A DNA stretch of 64,000 nucleotides from Ktedonobacteraceae bacterium (GTDB lineage Bacteria > Chloroflexota > Ktedonobacteria > Ktedonobacterales > Ktedonobacteraceae), in assembly GCA_034431765.1 (NCBI GenBank), contig DAOUDD010000010.1, forward strand, positions 23,403 through 87,402, given 5' to 3'. Numbering within the stretch: the first letter of the stretch is position 1; the number at the start of each line of letters is the position of its first letter. Below are positions 1 to 8,410 of this stretch, piece by piece. Both the position numbers and the translations under genes were made by a program. Under the pieces are notes generated by a model. That model made no database searches and was not told the origin of the DNA. It saw only the letters and a list, made by a program, of their open reading frames with translations.

Positions 1-14
1 TCCATGTTTTGCAT
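1..14 (-). CDS. 5' end (about 4 codons, MQNM..) of a leftward gene that leaves the window
   Basis: ATG at 14..12 preceded by AGGAGGT (reverse complement of 24..30) at 9-nt spacing; too short to identify. Confidence 0.2.
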
Positions 15-496
15 AAGTACCTTACCTCCTTACAAGATTCTAGCAGAGAATAACATACCTGCTTTGCTACATCATAAGAATGCTGTTACGCGCCCCAAAC
101 CTATGATCCATGGAAACTTCGTAACAAACATGTTCAATATCATCCATTCACAATGTTTGATATTGTAATCAACAAATAGTATTACGAAACTGGGCAAGCT
201 GAGGTATACAGAATCAGAAGGATTTTTGATCGAACTCTCGATTCTAAGAGCTAGACAAAACTTTGCTGCTCGTTTGTAAGCAGCAGTATTTTGCTAGAAC
301 TATTTCAATTTAATCTAGAGATTTGATCAAGATAATAAAAAACGAAGGATAGTATCCATTCTCACATTATAAGTATAACAGAAATCGCTACGCATGTCTG
401 TAATTATACATACTGTTCTTAACGGCCTGGCAAAGTATACTCTGAAAAGATTTCTCTTCTTTCTATTCTCGTTTTCTTCCTCAAGGAGGTTATTTT

Positions 497-713
497 ATGG
501 ATCTTATACTCATCCGTCATGGTGAATGCAATACACACTCCATTGACGATACACTTACAGATGTAGGCAAACGGCAGGCACAACAGATTGGACAAAGGCT
601 AGCAAAGATGTCAATTACAGCGCTTTTGAAAGGAACAATAGATGGCTTATCTTCCGGCCATAGCAGTAGAAGTTCTGAGTATCAATGATCAATCCCACCT
701 CTACGGTTCGTAG
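497..713 (+). pseudogene. histidine phosphatase (phosphoglycerate-mutase superfamily) remnant with internal deletion/frameshift
   Basis: SD AAGGAGGT 483..490. Frame 497..688 begins LILIRHGE (catalytic RHG) and TDVGKRQA, then loses the core. A second frame 642..713 ends ..VEVLSINDQSHL, which is typical of the C-terminus of this family. About 70 aa of coding potential versus about 200 expected. Confidence 0.5.
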
Positions 714-809
714 TACACGATTCCACATGACACTCTCTCCATATTTAGGGAAAAATGAAGTACAATAAGAGGAAAAGATTCTATCTATGGTGGGGAGAAA
801 GAGTTTCTT

Positions 810-2777
810 ATGAAGCATCTGTTACTCGAAAGGCTCCAACAGGAACCGATTTTGTGCGATGGAGCGATGGGAACGCTGCTCTATCAGCGCGGTGTTACCT
901 ATGATCAGGGGTTTGATGCGCTGAACCTGTTCCAACCAGAACTCATCCAGAGCATTCACAGTGAGTATTTGAGCGCGGGAGCGCAGATTATCGAAACGAA
1001 TACGTTTAGTGCAAACCGGGTGAAGTTAGAGGCGCATAATCTAGGGGATCGTGTGCGTGAGATCAATTCTCGCGCGGCACGTATCGCATTAGAGGCGCGC
1101 GAAATCTCAGGGCGTCCTGCCTTTATCGCGGGCGCTATCGGACCAACAGGGCGTCCATTACAGGCACCCGATGAGGGGCGTTTGAATGCACTGCGCGCAA
1201 TCTTTCGCGAGCAGATCGAGGCACTACAAACGGGCGGCGTCGAGCTACTGATTCTTGAGACGTTTTCAAACTTGGCCGAACTGCGCCAGGCTGTGCTGGC
1301 GGCAAAAGAGGTCGGTGGCCTGCCGATTGTAGCGCAGATGAGCTTTCACGAGGATGGTCATACGCTTTCGGGTCAATCAGCGGCACGAGTTGCCACTGTA
1401 TTGAGCGATCTGGGTGTCGATGTTATGGGAGCGAACTGTAGCGTTGGACCTGCCGCAACACTGAATGTGCTCAATGAGATGATCACAACCGTGAAAGGGC
1501 TTGGCATCAGCGAACCGCTGTTCTCGGCACAGCCAAATGCTGGTCTGCCGATGCGTATCGACAATCGTTTCTTCTACGTCTCCACTCCTGACTACTTTGC
1601 CGACTACGCACTGCGCTTTGCAGAGGCAGGAGTGCGTTTGATCGGTGGCTGTTGTGGCACTACGCCACGCCATATCGAAGCAATGAGTAAAGCCCTCGCA
1701 GAACGCTACGGTTCATCCTCACAATTTTCGTCTGCCGGTGTGACAGTCAAAGAGACAGGGAAGGTTTCCGAGAAGAATAGCACGAACGGCAAATCTCAAG
1801 GTCAGGCGGTGACGCGACTGATTGAGGAGGAGACGATACTGCCTCAGGAAGGAACACGGACGCGGCTACAAGAAAAGCTAGAGGCGGGTGAGTTTGTGAT
1901 CAGTATCGAACTGGACCCACCGAAAGGCTTGAATCCGACGAAATTGCTGACAGGCGCGGCGCTCCTGCAAGAGGCGGGGGCGGACTTTATCAATATTGCA
2001 GATAGCCCGATGGCACGTGTGCGCATGAGCTGTATCGCTCTAGCGCGCTTGATTCAAGACCACCTGGGCATTGAAACGATCATTCACTTTACTACACGTG
2101 ACCGCAACCTGATGGCGCTGCAATCAGAACTGCTGGGAGCGCATGCGTTAGGCATCCGCAATATTCTGGCTCTGACCGGAGATCCGTTGCGCGTTGGTGA
2201 CTATCCTAATACAACTGGTGTGTGGGACGTTGACTCGATAGGCCTGATTCAGGTGATTCGCGGCATCAACGAGGGTCATGACGCAGCGGGTTCTCCTCTG
2301 AGCGCAAAATCGTCGTTTCACATTGGCTGTGCACTCAATTTGAACATGACAGATGAGGAGACGGACCGCGAGATCGAGAAATATCAGCGCAAACTTGAGG
2401 CGGGGGCAAACTTCATCATGACGCAGCCAATATACGAGATGGCTCCACTTGAACGCTTTCTGCAACGTGCAGGGAAGCCACCGGTGCCAATGTTACTGGG
2501 CTACGTTCTGCTACACAGCTCGCGACACGCCGAGTACCTGCATAACGAAGTTCCTGGAATCACCATTCCAGAGGAGGTACGGACGCGTCTCAAGGGTGCA
2601 GGGGAACATGGACATGAAATGGGCTTGCAGATTGCGCAGGAGTTGCTCCAGCAGGCAAACAATGCCATTCAAGGAGTCTATCTGCAACCGTCATACCGGC
2701 GCTACGATGTCGTCAGTGAGTTGATCCAGACATTGCGCGCAACGCATGAGACAAAGAAAGAGAATGCACAAACATGA
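810..2777 (+). CDS. yitJ: bifunctional homocysteine S-methyltransferase / 5,10-methylenetetrahydrofolate reductase (YitJ-type fusion)
   Basis: 655-aa ORF. The N-terminal half has Hcy-methyltransferase motifs (ILCDGAMGT, GANCSVGP, GGCCGTTP zinc cysteines). The C-terminal half is MetF-like (ELDPPKG, TTRDRN, LALTGDP, IMTQPIY). Confidence 0.9.
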   Translation: MKHLLLERLQQEPILCDGAMGTLLYQRGVTYDQGFDALNLFQPELIQSIHSEYLSAGAQIIETNTFSANRVKLEAHNLGDRVREINSRAARIALEAREISGRPAFIAGAIGPTGRPLQAPDEGRLNALRAIFREQIEALQTGGVELLILETFSNLAELRQAVLAAKEVGGLPIVAQMSFHEDGHTLSGQSAARVATVLSDLGVDVMGANCSVGPAATLNVLNEMITTVKGLGISEPLFSAQPNAGLPMRIDNRFFYVSTPDYFADYALRFAEAGVRLIGGCCGTTPRHIEAMSKALAERYGSSSQFSSAGVTVKETGKVSEKNSTNGKSQGQAVTRLIEEETILPQEGTRTRLQEKLEAGEFVISIELDPPKGLNPTKLLTGAALLQEAGADFINIADSPMARVRMSCIALARLIQDHLGIETIIHFTTRDRNLMALQSELLGAHALGIRNILALTGDPLRVGDYPNTTGVWDVDSIGLIQVIRGINEGHDAAGSPLSAKSSFHIGCALNLNMTDEETDREIEKYQRKLEAGANFIMTQPIYEMAPLERFLQRAGKPPVPMLLGYVLLHSSRHAEYLHNEVPGITIPEEVRTRLKGAGEHGHEMGLQIAQELLQQANNAIQGVYLQPSYRRYDVVSELIQTLRATHETKKENAQT

Positions 2778-2870
2778 TCTCTTCTGATTATTAGAAGAGA
2801 CCATGCAGATGCTTTTTCAGATCTAGCGAAAGCGGTTACCTTTTTTAAAAGAATTGGCAGAACTCAGTCT

Positions 2871-2898
2871 AATAGAAAGAGCCAGAAAATTCTGGCTC
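2871..2898 (-). terminator. intrinsic terminator downstream of the 2928..3287 gene
   Basis: 8-bp stem GAGCCAGA / TCTGGCTC (2879..2886 / 2891..2898) with a 4-nt loop, followed on the minus strand by TTTCTATT. Confidence 0.5.
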
Positions 2899-2927
2899 CA
2901 TCCTCCCCCATCTCGTCTAGTGAACGA

Positions 2928-3287
2928 TTAGCGATGATAGTCTTGAGACGCATCAAGAGATAGGAGCAAAAGCGGCTCAGGAGCCAGTTCCTGAAACGAA
3001 CTTTCTGTTTCTTGAGGGGTACGAGACAGTTGCTGCGATGGATACCTGAGGGCATACTGTTTACTCGTGGCGGGGAGATAGAAGCCGTCAGGAGCCATCC
3101 ATCCAGTAGGACGCGAGACAATTTTGATCTGAGGAAGATGCGCAGGGAAAGGCAGGTGATAATCGCGTAGATAACAGGTAAGCAGCGTTACAAGATGCTC
3201 TTCGGCGTCCAGCACCGTCTCCGCGTAGATAAAAGAGTAGACATCATGTGTTCCAACAGTGGCATGACCCGTATAAAGAGTCTTCAT
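2928..3287 (-). CDS. hypothetical protein (119 aa, MKTLYTGHATVGTHDVYSF..)
   Basis: Internal ATG of the 351-aa ORF in the track. The upstream two-thirds of that ORF is antisense to infC and looks spurious. This short version has its own terminator about 30 nt after the stop. No family recognised. Confidence 0.4.
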   Translation of the reverse strand: MKTLYTGHATVGTHDVYSFIYAETVLDAEEHLVTLLTCYLRDYHLPFPAHLPQIKIVSRPTGWMAPDGFYLPATSKQYALRYPSQQLSRTPQETESSFQELAPEPLLLLSLDASQDYHR

Positions 3288-3569
3288 CGAAAAACCCTTT
3301 CTGCTAGAGGGAAGATGAGGATTTGTGTAGCTCTGTGCTAAACCGTACGACATTCCTGCGTATATTATACTTGTCGGGGAGATAATGTGCAATTGGTTAG
3401 AGGGGCAATTTTCGAGAAAGCGGGAAGGGCATTCTTGAGAATGAACACGGCGTATTGTCACAGTGGGAAGTGGTAAAACGAGGCTTGCAAACCAGCCGCA
3501 CACGTAGTATACTGAGTGCAATCGCTTTCTATTGTCGTAGCTAGTTTTATAAAAGAGGAGATTTGGCCT

Positions 3570-4220
3570 ATCAACAGGGATTTTCGGGGGAACGACCGCC
3601 CGCGTGAGACACGAGTAAATGAGCGTATTCGTGCGCGTGAAATACGCCTGATTGACGAGAATGGTGAGATGCTGGGAGTGATGCCTCCAATACGGGCCCT
3701 GGAGATCGCACGGGATCGAGATCTTGACCTGGTCGAGGTATCTCCCAATGTGGTTCCACCTGTGTGCAAGCTGATGGACTATGGGCGTTTCAAATACGAG
3801 CAAGCGAAGAAAGAGAATGAGGCGCGCAAGAACCAGAAGACCATCACGCTTAAAGAAATTCGTATGCGGCCACGTACCGACGAGCATGATGTCGAAGTAA
3901 AGACGCGCAAAATCCAAGAGTTCCTCGCGGAAGGTGACAAAGTACGTGTCAGCGTGCAATTCCGTGGACCGGACATGCGCCATCCTGATATTGGTCGGAA
4001 GTTGCTGGATGGGATTGCAGATGCACTAAAAGGAATGGCGACTATCGAGCGCACCCCTGTGATGGAAGGTCGTATGATGTCGATGATTGTTTCTAAGGCT
4101 CCCGGTTGGGAACCGCCCAAGAAACAGACAGCCTCTTCCGCAGACAAAACCAATGCATCGCATGCAAGCCACAATGATTCGTCAGATACCGATGACGAAT
4201 TAGAGACTGAGCAGGAGTAA
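3570..4220 (+). CDS. infC: translation initiation factor IF-3 with probable non-AUG (ATC, or ATT at 3561) start and about 45-aa acidic/Ser-rich C-terminal tail
   Basis: Conserved IF-3 core (INERIRAREIRLIDENGE, DLDLVEVSP, PPVCKLMDYGKFKYE-like, ITLKEIRMRPRTDEHD, VRVSVQFRGPD). SD GAGGAG 3555..3560 lies 9 nt before ATC 3570. The track ATG at 3516 would add a non-conserved hydrophobic leader. Confidence 0.9.
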   Translation: MNRDFRGNDRPRETRVNERIRAREIRLIDENGEMLGVMPPIRALEIARDRDLDLVEVSPNVVPPVCKLMDYGRFKYEQAKKENEARKNQKTITLKEIRMRPRTDEHDVEVKTRKIQEFLAEGDKVRVSVQFRGPDMRHPDIGRKLLDGIADALKGMATIERTPVMEGRMMSMIVSKAPGWEPPKKQTASSADKTNASHASHNDSSDTDDELETEQE

Positions 4221-4289
4221 ACGCTCTTCTGTAGGCTGTTCAGGGTATTCTTCTCTAGAGAACAGCTACACATAGCATACAAACGTACA

Positions 4290-4320
4290 GGTGTAGTTCG
4301 GCTGAACTACACCTTCTTTC
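4290..4320 (+). terminator. intrinsic terminator after infC
   Basis: Perfect 10-bp stem GGTGTAGTTC / GAACTACACC, loop GGCT, followed by TTCTTTC. Confidence 0.8.
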
Positions 4321-4535
4321 TATTGTGCTCGATACTCTCAATTACTGCACTTACCCTATTGTTCTCTGGATCGCGTCGTTCTACTGTAAATGTGTAGAGA
4401 ATTGGGTGTTGCGAGTAGGACAATTGACTTTTTCAAGCAGAGCGAAGTAAGATAGGATACTATAGAATGTCTAAGAAAGTATGTACCTCCAGCGACACCA
4501 CTTACTCGTGTAGAGGTATATAGGGAGGCCACGCA

Positions 4536-5996
4536 GTGAGTAGATACGACGATCCAAGCTGGTATGAAGATCCACCGAATATACATAATAATCCGACATC
4601 TTCCAGGCCAATGGGACAGCCGGCACAACCGATGTATGATGATTTTGATCGCTACCCGTTTCTCCCGCCTGAGAACGGGTTTCGCCCCCCTACTCCTCCG
4701 GCCACCACTCCCCCTACCCCACGTTTTAACTGGCAACGTTTTCTTGGGCAAGGATTGGTATTGATCGCTCTTCTGGTTATCGCCTTCTGGGGAGGTTGGC
4801 TCTGTCACCAGTTCTTCGGACAAAGCTTTGACCAGAGCAATCAGTCGAAAGCATACTCGCAACTCGTCCAGGACGCATGGAACAAGATCGATCAGAACTA
4901 CGTTGATCGCAAAGCGTTAGACTATAAGAAAATGGCGTATGCAGCGATCAATGCCATGACACAATCTCTTGGGGATACCGGGCACTCGCGCTTTATGGAC
5001 CCGAAGACGGTCCAGAGCGAGAATCAGCAATTGAGCGGCAAATTTACAGGCATTGGCATCTATCTGCACCAGGATATGAATACCAAACAACTGGTTATCA
5101 CAGCTCCCATTCCTGGCTCTCCGGCGGAGAAAGCAGGTCTCAAACATGGCGATGTCATTGTAGAGATCAATGGCACCAACATGCAGGGAAAAGATACAAA
5201 TGCAGCGAGCAGCTTGATTCAAGGAAGCGCCGGTACAAATGTGACACTTAAGATCAAGCGTTCAGGCGAGGAGCAGTTGCGCGCGTTCACTATCACGCGT
5301 GCAGAGATCCAGGTGCAGAACGTCATTATGCATTACATACCTGAAAGCCATATCGCGCATATTCAGGTGGTGCAATTTGCCAGCAACGTTGCTAAAGACG
5401 TGCGTGACCAGGTGAACAAAGCGAAAAGCATGGGCGCGACAAAGATTATCCTGGACCTGCGCGACAATCCCGGTGGTATTCTCAACGAGGCCATTGACAT
5501 GAGCAGTCTCTTCCTGAAAGATGGCAATGTCCTGCTCACCCAGGACAGTTCAGGACGGCGCACACCTATTGCGGCCAAAGGAAATCCGATAGATACGACC
5601 TCACCAATGGTTATTCTCGTGGATAACAACTCAGCAAGTGCGGCAGAAATCGTTTCGGGAGCACTCAAAGACAATAAGCGTGCTACTATTATCGGTCAAA
5701 AAACTTTTGGTACAGGAACAGTCCTCGATCAGTTTTCTCTTTCAGACGGTTCAGCCCTGCTGCTTGGTACGCAAGAGTGGCTCACGCCCAACGGACAGTT
5801 TATTCGCCAGGACCCCAATAAACCTGGTAGCGGCGGCATCGTTCCCGACATTACTGTTCCTAAAGAGGGGGAACAGAATCCAGTAATTCTGACACCGAAC
5901 GATGAAAACGCTGCCAATATGACGGAGCAACAGATCATCGGTAGCGGGGATGTGCAGATGAATGCGGCGCTCCAATATCTTAAGGAGCAAAAGTAG
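4536..5996 (+). CDS. S41 carboxyl-terminal processing peptidase (Pro-rich cytoplasmic N-terminus, TM helix, PDZ domain)
   Basis: GTG start behind AGGGAGG. One TM helix (GLVLIALLVIAFWGGWL), a PDZ-like segment (GIGIYL..GSPAEKAGLKHGDVIVEING) and the S41 catalytic region (DLRDNPGG, NNSASAAEIVSGALKD, TFGTGTV). Confidence 0.9.
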   Translation: MSRYDDPSWYEDPPNIHNNPTSSRPMGQPAQPMYDDFDRYPFLPPENGFRPPTPPATTPPTPRFNWQRFLGQGLVLIALLVIAFWGGWLCHQFFGQSFDQSNQSKAYSQLVQDAWNKIDQNYVDRKALDYKKMAYAAINAMTQSLGDTGHSRFMDPKTVQSENQQLSGKFTGIGIYLHQDMNTKQLVITAPIPGSPAEKAGLKHGDVIVEINGTNMQGKDTNAASSLIQGSAGTNVTLKIKRSGEEQLRAFTITRAEIQVQNVIMHYIPESHIAHIQVVQFASNVAKDVRDQVNKAKSMGATKIILDLRDNPGGILNEAIDMSSLFLKDGNVLLTQDSSGRRTPIAAKGNPIDTTSPMVILVDNNSASAAEIVSGALKDNKRATIIGQKTFGTGTVLDQFSLSDGSALLLGTQEWLTPNGQFIRQDPNKPGSGGIVPDITVPKEGEQNPVILTPNDENAANMTEQQIIGSGDVQMNAALQYLKEQK

Positions 5997-6027
5997 AGAC
6001 AACACAGTCAGTCAAGTAGGTCAGCAT

Positions 6028-6951
6028 TCAGGTGGTGGCGCACATTGCCGCCTGGTAGTACTTGCTCGTTGGAGCATGACCGAGGAGTGGAGCGATAAAG
6101 CGTGTTGCCTCCACTACCTTGTCTAGATCAACTCCCGTCTCTATGCCCATGCCATGCAGCATATAGACAAGGTCTTCAGTGGCAAGGTTACCTGCGGCAC
6201 CAGGAGCATAGGGACAGCCACCCAGACCGCCAGCAGCGGAATCAATGGTGCTTACCCCTATCTGCAAGGCCATTAGAACATTGGCTAAAGCGGTACCGCG
6301 TGTGTCGTGGAAGTGCACACCCACCTTTGCAAGTGGAATACCTCCTTCGTGTACCAGGAGATTAAGCATGTCTACGACCCCTTTTGGAGTCGCAACACCA
6401 ATAGTATCGCCAAGGGAGAGTTCAGCAACACCCATCTCTAGAAGGGCCTGAGCAACAGAGAGAACACGTTGAGGATCAACTGCCCCCTCATATGGGCAGC
6501 CGAAGACGGTTGAGATGTAGCCGCGTACCGCCACACCCTCTTGCTGAGCCAGAGCTACTACAGGACGAAAGTTTGCTAAGCTTTCGGCGATGCTAGCGCG
6601 AATGTTATGCCTCGTGAAGCTCTCACTGGCAGCGGTAAAAACGGTGACGGAACGCACGCCAGCGGCAAGGGCACGTTCCATTCCCTTCATATTAGGCACT
6701 AACACAGGATATGCTGTATTGGGGAGTTGTTGGAGTTGGGCCATCACCTCGCCTGCATCACTCAATTGAGGAATTGCACGCGCGCTAACGAAAGAGGTCG
6801 CTTCCACGACGGGAAGGCCTGCATCAGCGAGCAATTGGATAAACTGAACTTTTTGTGCAGTAGGAATAGTGACCTTTTCGTTCTGCAAGCCATCACGTGG
6901 CCCGACCTCAACGATCCTTACCGACGTTGGTAAAGAAGAGTAAGCTTGCAT
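6028..6951 (-). CDS. hydroxymethylglutaryl-CoA lyase
   Basis: VRIVEVGPRDGLQNE, HFHDTRG and GGLGGCPYAPGAAGN motifs. Start moved to the internal ATG 6951 (MQAYSS..), 4 nt after the upstream stop; the track start at 7077 overlaps the upstream gene. Confidence 0.9.
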   Translation of the reverse strand: MQAYSSLPTSVRIVEVGPRDGLQNEKVTIPTAQKVQFIQLLADAGLPVVEATSFVSARAIPQLSDAGEVMAQLQQLPNTAYPVLVPNMKGMERALAAGVRSVTVFTAASESFTRHNIRASIAESLANFRPVVALAQQEGVAVRGYISTVFGCPYEGAVDPQRVLSVAQALLEMGVAELSLGDTIGVATPKGVVDMLNLLVHEGGIPLAKVGVHFHDTRGTALANVLMALQIGVSTIDSAAGGLGGCPYAPGAAGNLATEDLVYMLHGMGIETGVDLDKVVEATRFIAPLLGHAPTSKYYQAAMCATT

Positions 6952-6955
6952 AGCA

Positions 6956-8410
6956 TTATGCTCCCCGATATTCATAGTGAGAAGGCTCCTTTGCCTCCTC
7001 GTGTCCTTTGCTCTCTTGCTGCCCCTGTTTCTCACGCTCTTCAGGAGATGGTAGAACCAGGAGGCCAGCATGCTCATCCATCTTCTGCAGCTCGCGAACG
7101 ACGCGAATCTTCAGGATACGTCTCCCTCGCGTTGCAAGAACAGTGAAGAGCAGATTCTCAAAACGAATTGTATCACCGCTACTGGGGATCTTATCAAGCT
7201 GAGCGTAGACGAAGCCACCGAGCGTCTCGTAATCCACATCTTCAAGTTTCATATCCATCAGCTCGTTGAAATCGTAGATGCTCATCTTCGCATCGATAAT
7301 ATATTCATCCTCACTGATCTTCTCGTAGAGCTTCTCTTCGTGGTCGTATTCATCCTGGATATCACCCACAATCTCTTCCACGAGATCTTCAATCGTCACC
7401 AGGCCAGCCACAGAGCCATACTCGTCTACCACAATCGCCATATGAGTGCGGCTCTGACGCAGTTCGCGCAGCAGATCATCAAGTTTCTTCGTTTCCGGTA
7501 CATAATAAGCCGGACGGACCAGCGCACGAATGGGAGCGCTTGCATGATTCTCACGCATCTCTCTGAGCATATCTTTCGTGTACAAAATGCCCACGATCTC
7601 GTCGAAACCGACGCTCTCTTCATAAACCGGGATACGCGAAAAACCGCCTTGGAGCGCCACATCAACCGCCTGTGTCACAGTTGCCACACTCGACAGCGTC
7701 ACCATATCGATGCGCGGCACCATCACCTCACGTACCGTCGTATCGGCGAACTCGAAGATACTGTGAATCATCTCTGTCTCTTCCTCTTCGAGCACACCCT
7801 CTTCCTCACCAACCGTCACAAGCAGGCGCAACTCCTCCTCAGTCACAAACGGGCTACGATTGCGTCCAGAGCCACCGAGGATACGAACAAAAACAGAGGT
7901 AATCGCGCTGAGAAACCAGATCAGAGGGCGGAGCAACCAGGCGACGGCACGTACAGGACCAATCAATGCACGCGCCCAACGCAATGGATTTTGTACAGCA
8001 GAAGTTTTGGGAGAGATTTCGCAGAAGATTAAGACAACCAGTGAGATAAGGACACTTGCCAGCAGCTCTCCCCAGGCCTCCGAGAAGCGCAATGCCAGCA
8101 CCGTCGCCATACTTGAAGCAACAATGACCGCAACACTATTCACAACGAGGATAGTTGAGAGAAAAATGTTAGGCTGAGCGAGGAGTTGCTCAATCTTGAT
8201 CGCTGTAGGATCACCTTCTTCAACGAGATTCTTGAGCTTAATACGGCTGATAGAAGTCAGAGCCGTTTCAGCAGCGGAAGCAATTGCACAAAGGATGAGG
8301 GCTACAACCAGAATAATAAGTTGTAGCCACGACTCACCAGTAAATTGCGGAATACGAAAGTCTATACCGGCGGCTAAACTAGCTAAGCCAGGGCCGTCCA
8401 TATGTAACAC
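6956..8410 (-). CDS. CNNM/CorC-type hemolysin-family membrane protein (DUF21 + CBS pair + CorC_HlyC domain)
   Basis: Four N-terminal TM helices, a CBS-pair region (VREVMVPRIDM..IPVYEE..) and a C-terminal CorC/HlyC segment (GGFVYAQLDKIPSSGD). GTG start directly abuts the glmU stop; an alternative ATG lies at 8401. Confidence 0.85.
   Translation of the reverse strand: MLHMDGPGLASLAAGIDFRIPQFTGESWLQLIILVVALILCAIASAAETALTSISRIKLKNLVEEGDPTAIKIEQLLAQPNIFLSTILVVNSVAVIVASSMATVLALRFSEAWGELLASVLISLVVLIFCEISPKTSAVQNPLRWARALIGPVRAVAWLLRPLIWFLSAITSVFVRILGGSGRNRSPFVTEEELRLLVTVGEEEGVLEEEETEMIHSIFEFADTTVREVMVPRIDMVTLSSVATVTQAVDVALQGGFSRIPVYEESVGFDEIVGILYTKDMLREMRENHASAPIRALVRPAYYVPETKKLDDLLRELRQSRTHMAIVVDEYGSVAGLVTIEDLVEEIVGDIQDEYDHEEKLYEKISEDEYIIDAKMSIYDFNELMDMKLEDVDYETLGGFVYAQLDKIPSSGDTIRFENLLFTVLATRGRRILKIRVVRELQKMDEHAGLLVLPSPEEREKQGQQESKGHEEAKEPSHYEYRGA

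Noticed and set aside
689-809. Possible SAM (S-box) riboswitch upstream of the yitJ-like gene, as in Bacillus
   Set aside because: Only about 120 nt are available, and I could not find the conserved S-box elements (GAGGGA..GCCC.., the kink-turn, or the anti-terminator arrangement). An Infernal scan with RF00162 would settle it.
7070-8032. 320-aa plus-strand ORF
   Set aside because: It lies entirely antisense to the well-supported CNNM/CorC gene. It has a His/Arg/Leu-rich, low-information composition, no SD and no recognisable motif. This is a typical shadow ORF.
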